Positions 11,344-24,392 of a DNA stretch of 63,575 bases are shown here, one piece after another; the stretch's first letter is position 1; the number at the start of each line of letters is the position of its first letter. Position numbers and translations under genes: made by a program. The notes under the pieces are model-generated. The model had not been told where the DNA came from and made no database searches. It was given only the letters and a program-made list of their open reading frames with translations. Location: positions 1,035,508 to 1,099,082 of the forward strand of contig NW_019217823.1 of the NCBI RefSeq assembly GCF_002571385.2. The letters run 5' to 3'. The stretch is from Stylophora pistillata (taxonomy: Eukaryota).

Positions 11344-11883
11344 GAATTACTGTCTTTTCGTCCCAAAAGTTTTTTCATCTAAGTCGGTTCGGCTAATTGT
11401 TAAGTCTTTTCTCGAAGCAAATAATTATCTTTTAGAAGGTTAGGCAAGGTTATATAATGAACTTATTAGTGCGAGCCGTTGCCATTTTGGTTCCGATAGC
11501 TTTAGTCACTAATGCTCTTTTACGAATTAAACGTCCTAAATTACGATAAATACACAGAGAAGATGCTAATTTGGGGTAATTTTTGGCTTAGTTTTATTTC
11601 TTTATCATGTTAGACTATATTGTTGGTTATGTCGGACATTTAGTGATGTTACACTCGGTTGTCTATTACGCCTAACAGACACTTCACAACAAGCCTAATA
11701 TTCCCATTTCTTTTGTGCGAAATAATTAAACGGCAAGTCTTTACTTTTGTCATTATCTAATAAAATATTTTGCGCTACAACTTCATTTAAAATAATGTTG
11801 TAAGTTTGACGAAAAAACTTGATATTGGACGAATGGACCTAAGACTTTAGACGAAAAGACTCTTGGACGAAAAGACCGGATAC
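11344..11883. mobile_element. MITE with a 9-bp TSD (MuDR-like)
   Basis: Direct repeat CGCAGGTAC at 11335-11343 and 11884-11892; imperfect TIR gtcttttcgtcc / ggacgaaaagac. Confidence 0.6.
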
Positions 11884-13592
11884 CGCAGGTACATCCCATC
11901 ACACAACTATAGAACAAACGGTAAAACAAATTCCTCAGGTTTTAGGGTTTTTTTGAAGGTCTTCAAACGTATCACGCTAAACGGAGGTGTTTAAAGTGCA
12001 ATCTGCTCCGATCAGTAATCTGCGATGGTAAAACGTGGTATTCATTCATCGCCGGTTTCACTCCCAATATCGAAATGTTTGTTCCACGCACTTCATGCCT
12101 TACTCTTCTTATTGCTTGGCTTCGAGAATCTGGTGTTATTCATATTCTTAATAAGCTGAATAACACACATTTTAATTACTTCTTACTTATGATCTGTTGG
12201 AGGACAGATATTTGACTTTTTTTATCATATAAGTAAAATATATTCTATGTAGCTGTGTCTGTTGCTTTTGTGGCTGCGCCTGGTTGGTCACTTTCTGTTT
12301 ACTTAAACGCACGCTTATTTACATTCTGTTAGGTTTTTTCGTATAATTTTTCTCTGTTTAATTTCATTTGTTTAAGTTTCTGGGTAAAATTGAACGCTTG
12401 GAGTATCAGAGTTCGCCAAGTTAAAATCGCCGTTTCTTTACCGCGTTCAACTCAAAATTTTTCCGTCCTTCGTGTCCACAAGTCATACAACGTTTCAACA
12501 AAAGTAATTGCCAACAAAGTCAGGTTTCAACACGATCAACCGTTATGTATATAACTTTTAAAACGTTCGCGTGTTGAAACCTGACATTGTTGGCAGTTAC
12601 ACGTAAAGTTTATTGTGAAGACGCACTCTGGAAGAACAAAACTGTTTACCGGTTTCCAAGAAACGATAGGCTTTAGAAAGTCATTCAGTTGAAAATGAAA
12701 GTCAGAGCGCATTGTGAAGAGATTTGCTCCAAAGATAAATTGTCCCAAGAATTTTTTTCCAAATACCACTCTATGTCGAAATATCCTTAACCACACAATC
12801 CTTCACGGAAAACATTGACTACCCTTTACGTGTTTGTCTTGTCATTCCGCATTAACACCCCTCGCCCACCAACATAACAATATTCACAGGAGCGAGAAAC
12901 ATCGAGTCTAAAATGATGCTTGTATAAAGATTCCGTTCCTTACCTTCACAATCGATCAGTTGTTGTAATCTGTGAAAAACTGTCACTTACTCACGGCTTA
13001 GTAATGGAAAAGTAATGGCAACCAAGACAAGTTCAAGACAGTTTCTCGTATATTGTGATCCGCTTGAACGCGGCATAACTTCAGAATACAGGGCCACTAA
13101 GGTCCACTTTATCGGCATGCTTTGAAGAACGCGTCAGAAAACAAAGTGATATATTGTGCTTCAATGAGATGTATATAAAGGGCCCTTTTTTTTAAGCCCT
13201 GAGGGTTTTCTATGGGGTGGAATTTGATGAATGGATTAGGAAAAACGGGTTAGAATTAAAACTGAATATTATACATTCCAGTTTTAAAACTGCAAATTAT
13301 AAATAATACAATTATTCCACCAGTGGGAAGAATGACACGTCTGTGTTTTACGTTGTACTCCACGTTGAATAAACGTTTGGCAAAGGCTTAGCTCAGAAGA
13401 GGTTTGACAGACTTGAGAGGCTCTTCAGGTTCGTAAACGAATCTTTGAAAGAACATTTAGCTCAATTTTTACAATAAAGTAAAAATTGAGCTAAATGTGC
13501 TAAATGCTAAATGTGTGCCCCCTCTCGTAACATGTGGCCAGTTTTACCCGGCCACATGTTACGAGAGGGGGCTCCTCAAAGATTTCCCTTAA

Positions 13593-14250
13593 GGTTGGCA
13601 CACACGAGGGGACTAGTCCCTGCGACTAGTCCGTGCGACTAGTCCCAGCGACAAGTCTTTGAAGGGTTTACACGAGGGGACCGGTAGCAGGGACTAGTCC
13701 TTTAAGGCGTTCACACGAGGGCACTCAATTGCACAAGAACATAGGAAAATTAAGAGGCAAAAGATGTTTCTTAGTCTGGGGCGTTACACGAAAACAATTA
13801 AAATTTGGTAACTTTTCATTGTAGCACTATTAAACATCAGCGCAAACGAACTACACTTATTCAGTCGGATTATTCATGCTTTTACGTGTTCCGTTTTTGT
13901 TTTTTTTATTTTATTTTTAACAGACACAGTCAAATAGGGTAAAAATNAAAACGGAACGTAAAAACATGAATAATTCGACTGAATAAGTGTAGTTCATTTG
14001 CGTTGATGTTTAATAGTGCTACAATGAAAAGTTGCCAAATTTTCATTGTTTTCGTGTAACGCCCCAGACTAAGAAACATCTTTTGCCTCTTAATTTTCCT
14101 ATGTTCTTGTGCAATTGAGTGCCCTCGTGTGAACACCTTAAGGGACTAGTCCCTGCTACCGGTCCCCTCGTGTAAACCCTTCAAAGACTTGTCGCCGGGA
14201 CTAGTCGCACGGACTAGTCGCAGGGACTAGTCCCCTCGTGTGTGCCGACC
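13593..14250. mobile_element. Fold-back MITE with ~300-bp inverted arms flanked by TTAA (Kolobok/Harbinger-like)
   Basis: TTAA-GGTTGGCACACACGAGGGGACTAGTCCC ... GGGACTAGTCCCCTCGTGTGTGCCGACC-TTAA, with an N at 13947 near the centre. Confidence 0.85.
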
Positions 14251-15025
14251 TTAAAAATGTGTTGGTTCTGTATAATTAGTGTATAACGCCAATGTTTGTT
14301 CACCAATGTCAATGGCCTGGTTAACAAACTTCTGGTGGTCCAGCTTCTATTGGAGGTGGTCAATTTTGATATTCTTGGCATTACAGAGACCCACCTTAGT
14401 GAGAGCGTATCCGACAATTGGATCAGGATTCCCGGCTTCCACCTAGTGAGAAATGACCGTGACAACCGCGGCGGTGGTGTCTTAATCTACTCCTTCAAGA
14501 AAAGTCTTCTTGCTCATCAGGTTACTACATGGGATCATCCTAATTTGGAAGCTACTTGGTTGAACGTTACTGTGAGATCTCAGTCTTTCCTGGTTGGCTG
14601 TATCTATAGTGATTGTTGCTTCTTTGACGATTTTAGAAATCAAATCACAGAGATTTGGATGAAAAGGAAAAATATCATCTTGGTGGGCGACTTTAACTGT
14701 GACATGACTCCCAGCCTGGATTCAAATGATTCCCATTTTGGAAAACGCTTCAAAAGGATTCTGTGCAGTTACGGTCTGAAGAACATCATCGACAGCCCTA
14801 CACGCATAACACTGGATTCAAAGTCTCTTATTGATCTCATAGTAACAACAGCCAGCGAAAATTCAAATATCTGGTTCCACTGACTTAGGAATATCTGATC
14901 ACCATCTGATTTATGCAGTTTTTAAAGTGGCTAGAAACAATCCTAAGCCACTGGTAATTTCAACCAAGAAATATAAACAAGTAGACAAAAAACATCTTAA
15001 TACAGACTTTGAGCACGCTCCTTAG

Positions 15026-16702
15026 TGTAGTATGGTATCCCTGTAGATTACGTATGCGCTCCTATCGAGAAGAATGTAATTGAGAACATAGATCTTGTGG
15101 AGGAAGTGGAAAGCTTCACACAACAGATCGTAGCAGGGCTTCCAGCAACGCCTAAGCGGCTGCAAGATATCAGTGAAGCCCAAGACCAGGATGAAGTATG
15201 CAGGATGATCAAGAAGTACTGCCTAGAAGGATGGCCGGCTTACATGCCAAGTTCTACCATACTCCGTCCATACTGGGAGAATAAGAAACATTTAACTGTG
15301 ATAGACAAGATTCTACTATATGATGACCGTATTGTGATTCCAGCAGGAATGAGGCTGGAAATACTTGACCTCTTACATCAAGGACACCTTGGGATAACAA
15401 AGACGCAAGCACGAGGCAAGATGTCTGTGTGGTGGCCGGCGATTACTACAGCGATAACAGACATGGTGACGAAATGTTTTACGTGCGCTAAGAACAGACC
15501 AGTGCCCAAGGAGCCCCTGATGCCATCGTCATTCCCATCCAGGCCATGGGAAAGACTAGCCGCTGATCTCTTCGATCTAAAGGGAAAGAAACATCTTATT
15601 GTAGTCGACTACTACTCAAGGTGGACTGAAGTTAAAGCACTTCCCAGTGAATTGTCCGAGTCAGTAATCAAAGCCCTGAAAGAAATATTTTCAACTCACG
15701 GAATTCCAGACTTACTGGTGTCCGATAACGGCCCACAGTTTGCTTGTAAATCCTTCCAACTGTTTACAGGTATTTACGGGTTCACTCATATTACTAGCTC
15801 GCCAACGTACGCAAGAGGAAATGGTGAAGTAGAGAGAGCGGTACGTACTGTCAAGGATATCCTGAAAAAGAACGATGATCCCTATCTCGGTTTTCTAGCA
15901 TACCGAACAGCACCTCTTCACAATGGCCTGGCGCCATGCGAACTTCTGATGAACCGCCAACTCCGCACCCAGTTACCAACCTTCCCTGACAATCTACAAC
16001 CAAACCTACGACTGAAAGACCTGGCAAAACTAGATGCAAAAGAGGAACTTTACCGCAGCAACCAGAAAAGCAACCATGACCGCAGATACAAGGCAAAAGA
16101 CCTACCAGAACTTCAGAGCGGAGAGAAAGTTTGGATTCGCGATCAAGATCGGATGGGAAGAGTCCTAGCGGCATCTTCATCACCACGATCCTACATAGTT
16201 GAAACAGACAAGGGAACACAGCTTCGAAGGAACAGGGCAGCCCTAGTTTCAGCAGATACCTGTACAAAGACACCCGACACCCAACCAGAAGCTAACGTTG
16301 AGACAGAAATGCTGAGGAAAAAATCGAAAGTGCCCACCAGCAAAGACCTGACCACAGCTGCGATCAAGCCTACTGAGAGCAGCTACAAAGCTGAACCAGA
16401 CACCCCGAAAGTGCACATGACGCGCTCAGGGAGAGTAGTAAAACCGCCGCAGAGACTTATTCAGGACACTTGAACGTTGAACATTTGAACATTGCTTTTG
16501 TTTATAGTAGACCCTTATACTGTTTGATATGTCGTTTATAATTGTCTGTTTGATTACTGTAAAAGCTTTAAGGGGAGGTGTAGTATGGTATCCCTGTAGA
16601 TTACGTATGCGTATCACGTGACTAGCACGTGGAGATAGATCCGCCATCTTGATTAAAACTGTTGACATTTATATTTGTCTCGTCCTGCTTCTTAATATTA
16701 CA
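15026..16702 (+). mobile_element. Internally deleted Ty3/Gypsy LTR retrotransposon
   Basis: 5-bp TSD CTTAG (15021-15025 and 16703-16707). 3' LTR TG..CA at 16579-16702 is preceded by PPT AAGGGGAGG. Only ~33 bp of the 5' LTR remain (15026-15058). Confidence 0.95.
15097..16473 (+). CDS. Gypsy integrase portion of pol (HHCC zinc finger plus rve DDE core)
   Basis: LHQGHLG...CFTC, ADLF, VVDYYSRW, SDNGPQF, NGEVERAVRT and a C-terminal TRSGRVVKPP motif; ORF uninterrupted. Confidence 0.93.
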   Translation: MEEVESFTQQIVAGLPATPKRLQDISEAQDQDEVCRMIKKYCLEGWPAYMPSSTILRPYWENKKHLTVIDKILLYDDRIVIPAGMRLEILDLLHQGHLGITKTQARGKMSVWWPAITTAITDMVTKCFTCAKNRPVPKEPLMPSSFPSRPWERLAADLFDLKGKKHLIVVDYYSRWTEVKALPSELSESVIKALKEIFSTHGIPDLLVSDNGPQFACKSFQLFTGIYGFTHITSSPTYARGNGEVERAVRTVKDILKKNDDPYLGFLAYRTAPLHNGLAPCELLMNRQLRTQLPTFPDNLQPNLRLKDLAKLDAKEELYRSNQKSNHDRRYKAKDLPELQSGEKVWIRDQDRMGRVLAASSSPRSYIVETDKGTQLRRNRAALVSADTCTKTPDTQPEANVETEMLRKKSKVPTSKDLTTAAIKPTESSYKAEPDTPKVHMTRSGRVVKPPQRLIQDT

Positions 16703-19442
16703 CTTAGCATCTTGTTAATTTGTTTGATGATATTGATGATTGCTACTCCATCTGGAACTACTTTAATACAAGGATATTATGGATCACCGTATACCATCTA
16801 GGAAAACAAAGATCAGATCTAATTCCCTCCCATGGATTGATTCTTCTATCAGGAAAGAAATGAACAAAAGATTTAAGCTCTTAAGTGAGGCTAAAACCTC
16901 CGGAGATCCAGTGACTGGAGTCAGTATAGGGTGAAAAGGAACAAGGTAAAAAATCTGTCAAAGAGGGCCGAAGCTGCTACTGGAAAGAACAGTTTTATAA
17001 GTCAACCAATCCTAAAGAATTCTGGAAGCTGACAAATCAGGTGCTAAGGAAAAACAAAGTTTCCAAGCTTGGTGCAGTTATGGATTACAAGCTACTGACT
17101 GATGATCTAATGAAAGCAGAACATTTCAATGATATTTTCATCAATGTCACTGAAAGCCTAACAACAAAGTTAAATCCTCTAGACGAGTCAACCCAATCGA
17201 CCTTCGTTACAAGGATTACGCCTAGTAAGGATTGCACAGATTTTAATTGGGAGCTAGTCAAGAGTATTACCCAGAAGGCAACAAATCCTAAGAAGGATAT
17301 GGGTCCAGACTTGGTCTCACCTAGGGACCTTTTTATGGTATTGACTGATCTGGTTACCCACAGCTTGCTTCCACTTTATAAGAATAGCTTAATCTGTCCA
17401 TCCTTCCCTTGTGATTGGAAACAGTATCTCGTGTTACTCCTGTGTTCAAGAAAGGCAAACCAAGCAATGTGAACAATTACAGACCGATATCTCTGCTTAG
17501 CATTCCTGGGAAAATTCTCGAGGCTGTGGTGTGCAATTCCACACTTTATCAAGTCGCAACCAGTGGGGCTTCAGAAAAAATCGCTCAACTGAGGGTCTCT
17601 TGCTTCATATGACAGAAACTTGTAAGTCAGCTCTGAATCAAGGTTTGGTAGTGGGTGTACTATTTGTTGACTTCGGCAAGGCTTTTGACTCAGTTAACCA
17701 TTCAATCCTGTTGGAGAAACTGAAAGCCATGGGAATATCGGGGTATCTGTTTTCTTGACTTGCCAATTATTTGTCTAACCGAAATCAGTGTTCAGATATC
17801 TGGAAAGAAATCTGCACTACAACTTGTGAAGTATGGAGTGCCCCAAGGGTCCATCCTGGGGCCTAGATTATTCTCAATATATGTTAATGACTTGCCTGAA
17901 TCCATATCTTATGGAGACCTCTATATGTTTGCTGATGACACCACAGTTTATACCATTGGTAGGGATACAGACATGATCATCTCTTCACTTTGATGTATTC
18001 TATCCCAGCTACACGTATGGTGCACAGTCAACAGACTAATTGCACATGAATCAAAGACTGAAGCAATGATAATATCTAGNTCCACCTTTATAGTCCCTCT
18101 GCCAGCTTTAAGATATGGCACCAAGACCATCGAGCTCAAGTCTTCATCTAAGTGTCTTGGCTTAACTATATAGACAATAAGTTATCTTGGCAGGATGAAA
18201 TTAGGAATGTTTGTATTTTATATAACAAGAAATTGGCTGTTTTGAAGCAAATCAAATTCCTGCCTCAGTCCATCTTGGAATCTATTTATTTCAATTCAAT
18301 TATTCCTAGTGTTGTATATAATATTGTTGTTTTGGGCTCTGCTTCCCCATCACTTATGGAAGATATTGAGTTAGTTATATGAGAGCAATTAGGATTGTTT
18401 GCAAGCTACCTACGACCACTCCAGCTGATGAGGTCAAGAAATTGAGGCAATGGAATCCCATTTCTTTGTATTATGTTAAAAGACTGCTGGTTCTGACCTA
18501 TCAATCCTATCATAGCTTAAATACGGAGGATCTAAATATTTTAATTTCCAAGGCAAAAACGAATTACTGCTTAAGAAATTCTCTAAATTTAGAAGGGCCA
18601 AGACCAAGATCTGAAATTGGCAGGTCTTCTTTCAAACATAGGGCCGCCTTGGCATGGAATCTTCTCCCCCATCATATCAAGAAATGTGCTAACTTAAGAT
18701 TGTTTAAGATTAAGCTTAAGGCTAACAAGTATTTTCTCAATAGCATAAATTTTGCCAAAGGTTCCTGCTGTGTTTCAAAGAAACATGATGACTTTCTGTA
18801 TTTTTAGTTGTAAATTTAATATTGTTTTGTATTTAACTTATCTAATTGGAATTGTATTTAAGAAGTAATTTCACTCTGTTTTTCCAATTTTTATTATATA
18901 TTTTATTGTGATTGTATTTAATTTGTAGTTAGGCAGGTCCACATCAGGACTTCGGTCTTGCCAATCCTTCTAACCTGCATTGTTAAATAAAGATGTATGT
19001 ATGTATGTATGTATGTATGTAGTGTATAACGCCTAAGGGTGTTATGGTAGATCATGAGAACAGAAATTAAAGCGCAGAACTACAGCACTATTGGATCCGC
19101 TTAACTTTGCTTTATTTTTCACTGAACATATGTAAAGTCATTTACATTTGATGATGACGCGGAAAAAAATATATAATGTGGTGAAAAATCTTGTGAAAAC
19201 CAATTGGACCATTAGGAATTAGCACTCTATAAATACTGTATATTATCATTATTATTATTAATTATCACGGCACGACAACATAAATTTGTTTTAAAGTTCT
19301 AGTTAAGGTAACTTAAGGCCTCGCGAAAATGTTGTTTGTTTCATTGGGCGGGAAGTCGTGGTGGGGGGGAATTATTTTAAGTATAAGAGCAAATTTGGGC
19401 AAAATTTTTAAAACCCAGGGAATAGCTTTAAAACCGGAATGT

Positions 19443-22400
19443 CTAGTGAGATGTCACAATTTCATCGTCATCTTCAGAGTACACTGGTTCAGCACAATCC
19501 TTCCATAACATATCTGGTACTGTTGCCAGCACTTCCCTCGAAAACCAGTGGATCCCAGAGTCATTGAAGATATCACTATGATGAAAAGTGTTAGGTATTG
19601 GTGTCTCCCTTGTAAATGGCAGAATCTGAAGGATTGCAGGTAAAGGAAAATAGGCAACAAACCAAAGCTTCTCCACAACAACAACTATTATTACAGTGTA
19701 ATAATAAGTTAGTGTTTCGTTGTTAGTACAATTCAATTTTCTAAGTAAACTGGCAACAAAGTAAAGAAATAAGTGACAAAATGGTTGTTGTTGGTCACAA
19801 GAAGCCTTAATATGATGAGTGGTTGCTCAATGATAGCATATATGAAATAAGAAAAATCCAATTTTTTTCCAGTGGCTAATATCTTGGAAGCACAGGTAAC
19901 ACCTCTCTTGAGGATCAAGGTTTATTAGAAGACTAATTCCTCAGTTTTATTGTTATTCTTAAGTAACACTTAGTCCACCTATAGGAGCTTATTAACAGTC
20001 AAAGTCTCTCCTTCGAAAACTTCACTTTTGTTTCACCAAACGCTATGGCATGAAGGCTTACCGGTAAATTCACATTTTAAAAGGTTGTATAGATGGAAAT
20101 TAGATAGAGGAAAAAGGATACATTGTAAATATATAATGCTTCTTCTCTTAGCTTTCTAGAGGGTATTCTGAATAGGAAAATATTAAAAAACATTGATGTT
20201 CCTTGAAACTTGCCATTTAATGTTTAATCAAGGTAAACTACTGTCTCCTTTAACAAAAGTACGTGAACATGTTTATCCAGATTTTCCTGAACTAAGGATT
20301 AATTGACAAATTATTTCTTATCTTCTATTCTCTATTTTTTGGCCAACCAACCAACCAACCAACCAAACCACTTTCGCAAAAGGGAAGGCCATGGAGCACA
20401 AAAATAGTTGATGGTAAAGGCCTAAATGAAAAAAAATTATGCAGGGCACCTACCTTTCCTGATAGCTTGTAAATCTATTCCCAAGAATGATAACATTGGA
20501 TAGCCCTAGACCCCAGTTGGCCCAAAGAACATTGTTGTAAAGGGGTTTACCACAATGAAGCATGAAAAATAATGTTAAGTCTTCCACCCTTCTCTTTCCT
20601 TCATAGTAACAAAATAAACCAAAAACAGTCTTAAGAATAATTAGAAAGTGTAATATTGTTTTTATTCCTTCCTGTTTCCAGTGTCCATCAACTGTGGGAC
20701 CTGACACAATTTTTTGTCATTCTTTCATCTGATACTTTAGAAAGACATCTTACCTCATTGTGATCAATAAGAGAACATCCAAACTCTTCCACAACTACTT
20801 TATCATCTTGTGAAAAATGAGGTTCATAGATGAAACACAGTCCACTAATCTAGTCACAAAAAAGTTTTGTAAATGTCATTAATCACAAAACAAACTTACC
20901 TAATCAAGACCTAAAAGATCCCTTTAATTCAATCATAATCTGCCTTTCATTCAACAAAATATTTCAAAAATATTGCAAGTTTAAAATACCATAGTATTTT
21001 AAATTAGACAAAATACAATAACCTGCTGTAAGTCTAATCAGGATACCAAGTGGTAGATACAACCCATACTCATCTCAGTTCCTATGCTTAAAGAGTATTC
21101 CTTGTCCTCCTGGATGGAATACTGGGACATAACAGGTTACCCAGAAAGATTTTTATGATTTCCCAGATAATTTTGAGCACCCAATTTGTATTACTTGTGC
21201 AGAAGCATTGTGAGAATTTAGTGTCTTTCTTAAGAACAAGTATTGAGAAATAAGTGCCCAGCAACTTTGCAATTTAGACAGTTAAAGATTTCACCAGACA
21301 AAGCTACCTTTAGCAACTCTCTCAATAACAGCAAAAAGGCAAACTGGTATCTAGCTACAGGACATGAAGACAGTTTTCCAATTCCATAACAAACAATATC
21401 AGTAACAGGTTCCTCTGGGATGGCCTTAGTATCTGGTTTAACAGCAGATTCAGCTGGACAACAGATATTCTTCACAGAGTGGCCATCACAAAGCAGTTCT
21501 AAAGAGAAACAAAAAATTGAGGCTTGTTAGGGAGGGATCCTTTGTATTCCATCTCTTATAGACCACTTTCATAAATGGCTGCCGGGTTAATATTCTTTTG
21601 TTTAAATTTAAATTAGCCCTTCTGGCCTCGCTTGAGATAATGTATTCTTTTGAATTTTGAACAGGAGAGTGAGGCCAGAAGGGCTAATTTAAATTTAAAC
21701 AAAAGAATATTACTCCAGCAGCCATTTATGAAAGTGGTCTATACCTCATCTCCTAAACAATCCTTACATTGGCCAAGTAATTAATGAATAAGTAACTCTA
21801 GCACATAGCATGGTTGAAAAGAGAGCAGATTGGACTCTCAATGCAGGGCTGCAGCTCTGCTCTGACCACTAGCTTGACTCTTTTCTGTTCACCTCCTCAA
21901 CTATTGCAAATATAGCCAACTGGTATGCCTCCTGTCCGGCTAAATCATGTCACATTTGATTGCCAATCTCTGGTTACCTACGTGTTTTTGAAGCATGGGC
22001 CATAGTGAAAACCACTGGATCACCAGCAATTGTGCCACCCTTACAGAGCTGGGCTGGGTTGTTCAAAGCTGTATTAAGATAACCCAGGGTTAGTGTGAAA
22101 TTTGATTTCAGATCTGAAAGCTCTGAAAGAAAATTCAGCTTAATTCCATCTGTCTACAATTTGATGATTGAATGTCCTAAAAAGAACTAGGAAAATTTTC
22201 CCAAAATTGCTTTTGATTCGAGAAATTTAGAAACCTGGATTAAAATTTAACCGTGGGTTAGAGCTAATCGGCCTTTCAACAACTGAGCCCTGTTCTTTAT
22301 TTGGAGGTCCAGTTAAATCATCCTTGATGAAATATTTAAATTTAAGGCAGTAGTCTCTTTCTGGTTTGTCCAGTGTTCATAAACTGGCCCTCAGATGGAT

Positions 22401-22858
22401 AACTGAGATGGATAGGGAAAGGGTGTGGTGAGGATGCATGGGGGGGGGGGGGGGAGGGATGAATAGGGGTAGGGGGTGGTGAGGGGCTTTCGAGGGCTGA
22501 CAAAAGTTGACAGCCAATGCTCTAATTCTTGTATTTTACCTTGAACATTTGAAAGAAATTCACTCCCGGAAATTTCTTCCCTAATGAATAATATATATGA
22601 ATTCAGTTAACTAATCATGTAGAACCTTCATCTTCAGCGTATCGTCTGGGCAAAACATAAAACTTTCACAAAAAAGTAAACCTTTGCCTGCCTGCATTTC
22701 TCGATTTTCGTCTTTAACTCATTTATATCGCACTTTTCTGAATCATAGGAGCTCGAGATGTCCCGATATTTCGCTAAAGATCCGTTTTTATCTTTGTCAT
22801 TCCTGTGTTTGCGACCTTTACTTTTCTTTACCACTTGAAATCCATCGTTGTCCGCCAT
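19443..22858 (-). CDS. SRRD: SRR1-like protein, 7 exons (22858-22692, 22580-22540, 21498-21308, 20849-20754, ~20602-20454, 20167-20122, 19625-19443)
   Basis: SRR1 motifs VCYGIG, ARYQFAFLLLL, YEPHFS, NEEGKR, FFMLHCGKPLYNNVLWANW, GNRF and DIFND..IHWF; exon phases are compatible. Confidence 0.92.
21557..21743. mobile_element. Palindromic MITE in an SRRD intron
   Basis: TATAGACCACTTTCATAAATGGCTGC ... GCAGCCATTTATGAAAGTGGTCTATA, with long near-perfect arms. Confidence 0.8.
22049..22292. mobile_element. Harbinger-like MITE in an SRRD intron
   Basis: CTG-GGCTGGGTTGTTCAAA ... TTCAACAACTGAGCC-CTG with a 3-bp CTG TSD. Confidence 0.6.
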
Positions 22859-24392
22859 ATTTTTAAGCTAATCGTTCCCAGGGCCCACTCTGTCGTTTAT
22901 CAAAATCCCTTGGGGTTGAGGAGAGGTGTAAGTAATAGCTTTTATTTTCTATAAATCACTCTCCGAATAAACATCTCAGTGGTGGGAGGTCTCCTGAAAA
23001 AATGTAATGCAGAGGTGAGGGCTCAGAAATTAGGTTGAAAGTTGAATGTGGTAATCCTAAGCCAACAGGGGCGAGCTAAGGTAGAGGCGCTGCCCTGTCC
23101 AACACCCCTTCACCCCCAATAACGGAAACAGGAAACCATCATCTTTCTGGCATGCAACACAGTCTCTTGGGGACATCAACATGTTTTTTCTCTAATGATA
23201 GGCAGCTTGTAGCAAAGGAAAGTGTTAACATACAGAAAGAGTAAAAAAGCCAAAGGATTGACTTATTACACTAAAATAGCCAACATTTTATTGTCTTAAT
23301 ACACCAATGTGGCTCCCACAATGTCATTTGAAACCCTCTATAAAATTTTAGCATCCAAACAATAGTTCAAGTGAAGCAGTAAATATTTACTCATGATAAG
23401 TTAATGTAAACTTCATTCTCTCATTTCCACTTCACCACAATTTATACTAAAGAAATGTTCCTTAAGGTTTGTAACTGAATTAAAAACAAGAATTGGTAAA
23501 ATAAAGAAGCAAAGCTAACTTCATTTCAATTTCTGGTTATTTCAAAAGAAGATTTCCCTGTTAACTATCTACATGACATACAAATAGCAATTTCATCAAA
23601 CTGTATAAATCACAACAGGATATTTAGAAAAAAAGTTAAAAATGAACAAAAAATTTACACAAGGTAAAATGGAATATCAACTGCAAAATTAAAAAAAACC
23701 AGTTAATTTAGAAACACCTCACCGTGTAAACAAAACAACATTGATATCTGTGTTCCTCAACAATAAACATTGCCTACGCATTGTGTTGTAAAAAGCCATC
23801 TGGGATAAATCATCACAGTTTTGCTATCTTATACAGACTGAAATAAAACAACTTCAAACATGAATGGCATGGTCTAGCCCATGCAAGCAAGAGAATTAGG
23901 AGCCTATTTATATCTGTGTATTTACAAATTTATACCAATCCTATCCATTAAGAGAATAAGTATCTCTAACAATTTTATCAATTGGATTTCTCAAAGCCTT
24001 TATGACTTTACGAGTGGTGCTATATCATTGTCACAAGTCATGTAAACATTTTGGTATTCCAATTGATACACGCACTGGTGGTACTCAAGTTGTTAATAGT
24101 TTCTTGAAATAATAACTTAATTTTGAAGTGAGGAACTCTTTCAAGGATAAAGCCTTACTTGTGACAAACTTTCACCTTATTAGAATATCAGAGGTCAACT
24201 GGATGAAGTCTCAGATTGTTGCAACAATAAATATTGAAACAAGTTAATTCAGGTGCATTATAAAAACTGTATCTAAACTATTTTAATAATTTTGAGCCAG
24301 TATAATTTTAGCACTGTCTATTGAGTAGTGATCAGCATTCTTGATTTACATAAAATATCAGAATTATCCTGCCTGGGTAAGGAAACAATCTT

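Larger units (their letters stand above)
14291..19020 (+). mobile_element. CR1/L2-clade LINE ORF2 (APE + RT), degraded and interrupted by a Gypsy insertion
   Basis: APE motifs (NVNGL, GITETHL, GGGV, VGDFN, LIDL, SDHH), RT motifs (NYRPISLL, QWGFR, FVDFGKAFD, GVPQGSILGP, FADD), AATAAA plus an (ATGT)n tail, and TSD AGTGTATAACGCC at 14278-14290 and 19021-19033. Confidence 0.95.

Noticed and set aside
12420-13120. Possible upstream exon or pseudogene on the minus strand
   Set aside because: Multiple stops, no recognisable family, and no phase-supported link to the GT92 exon.
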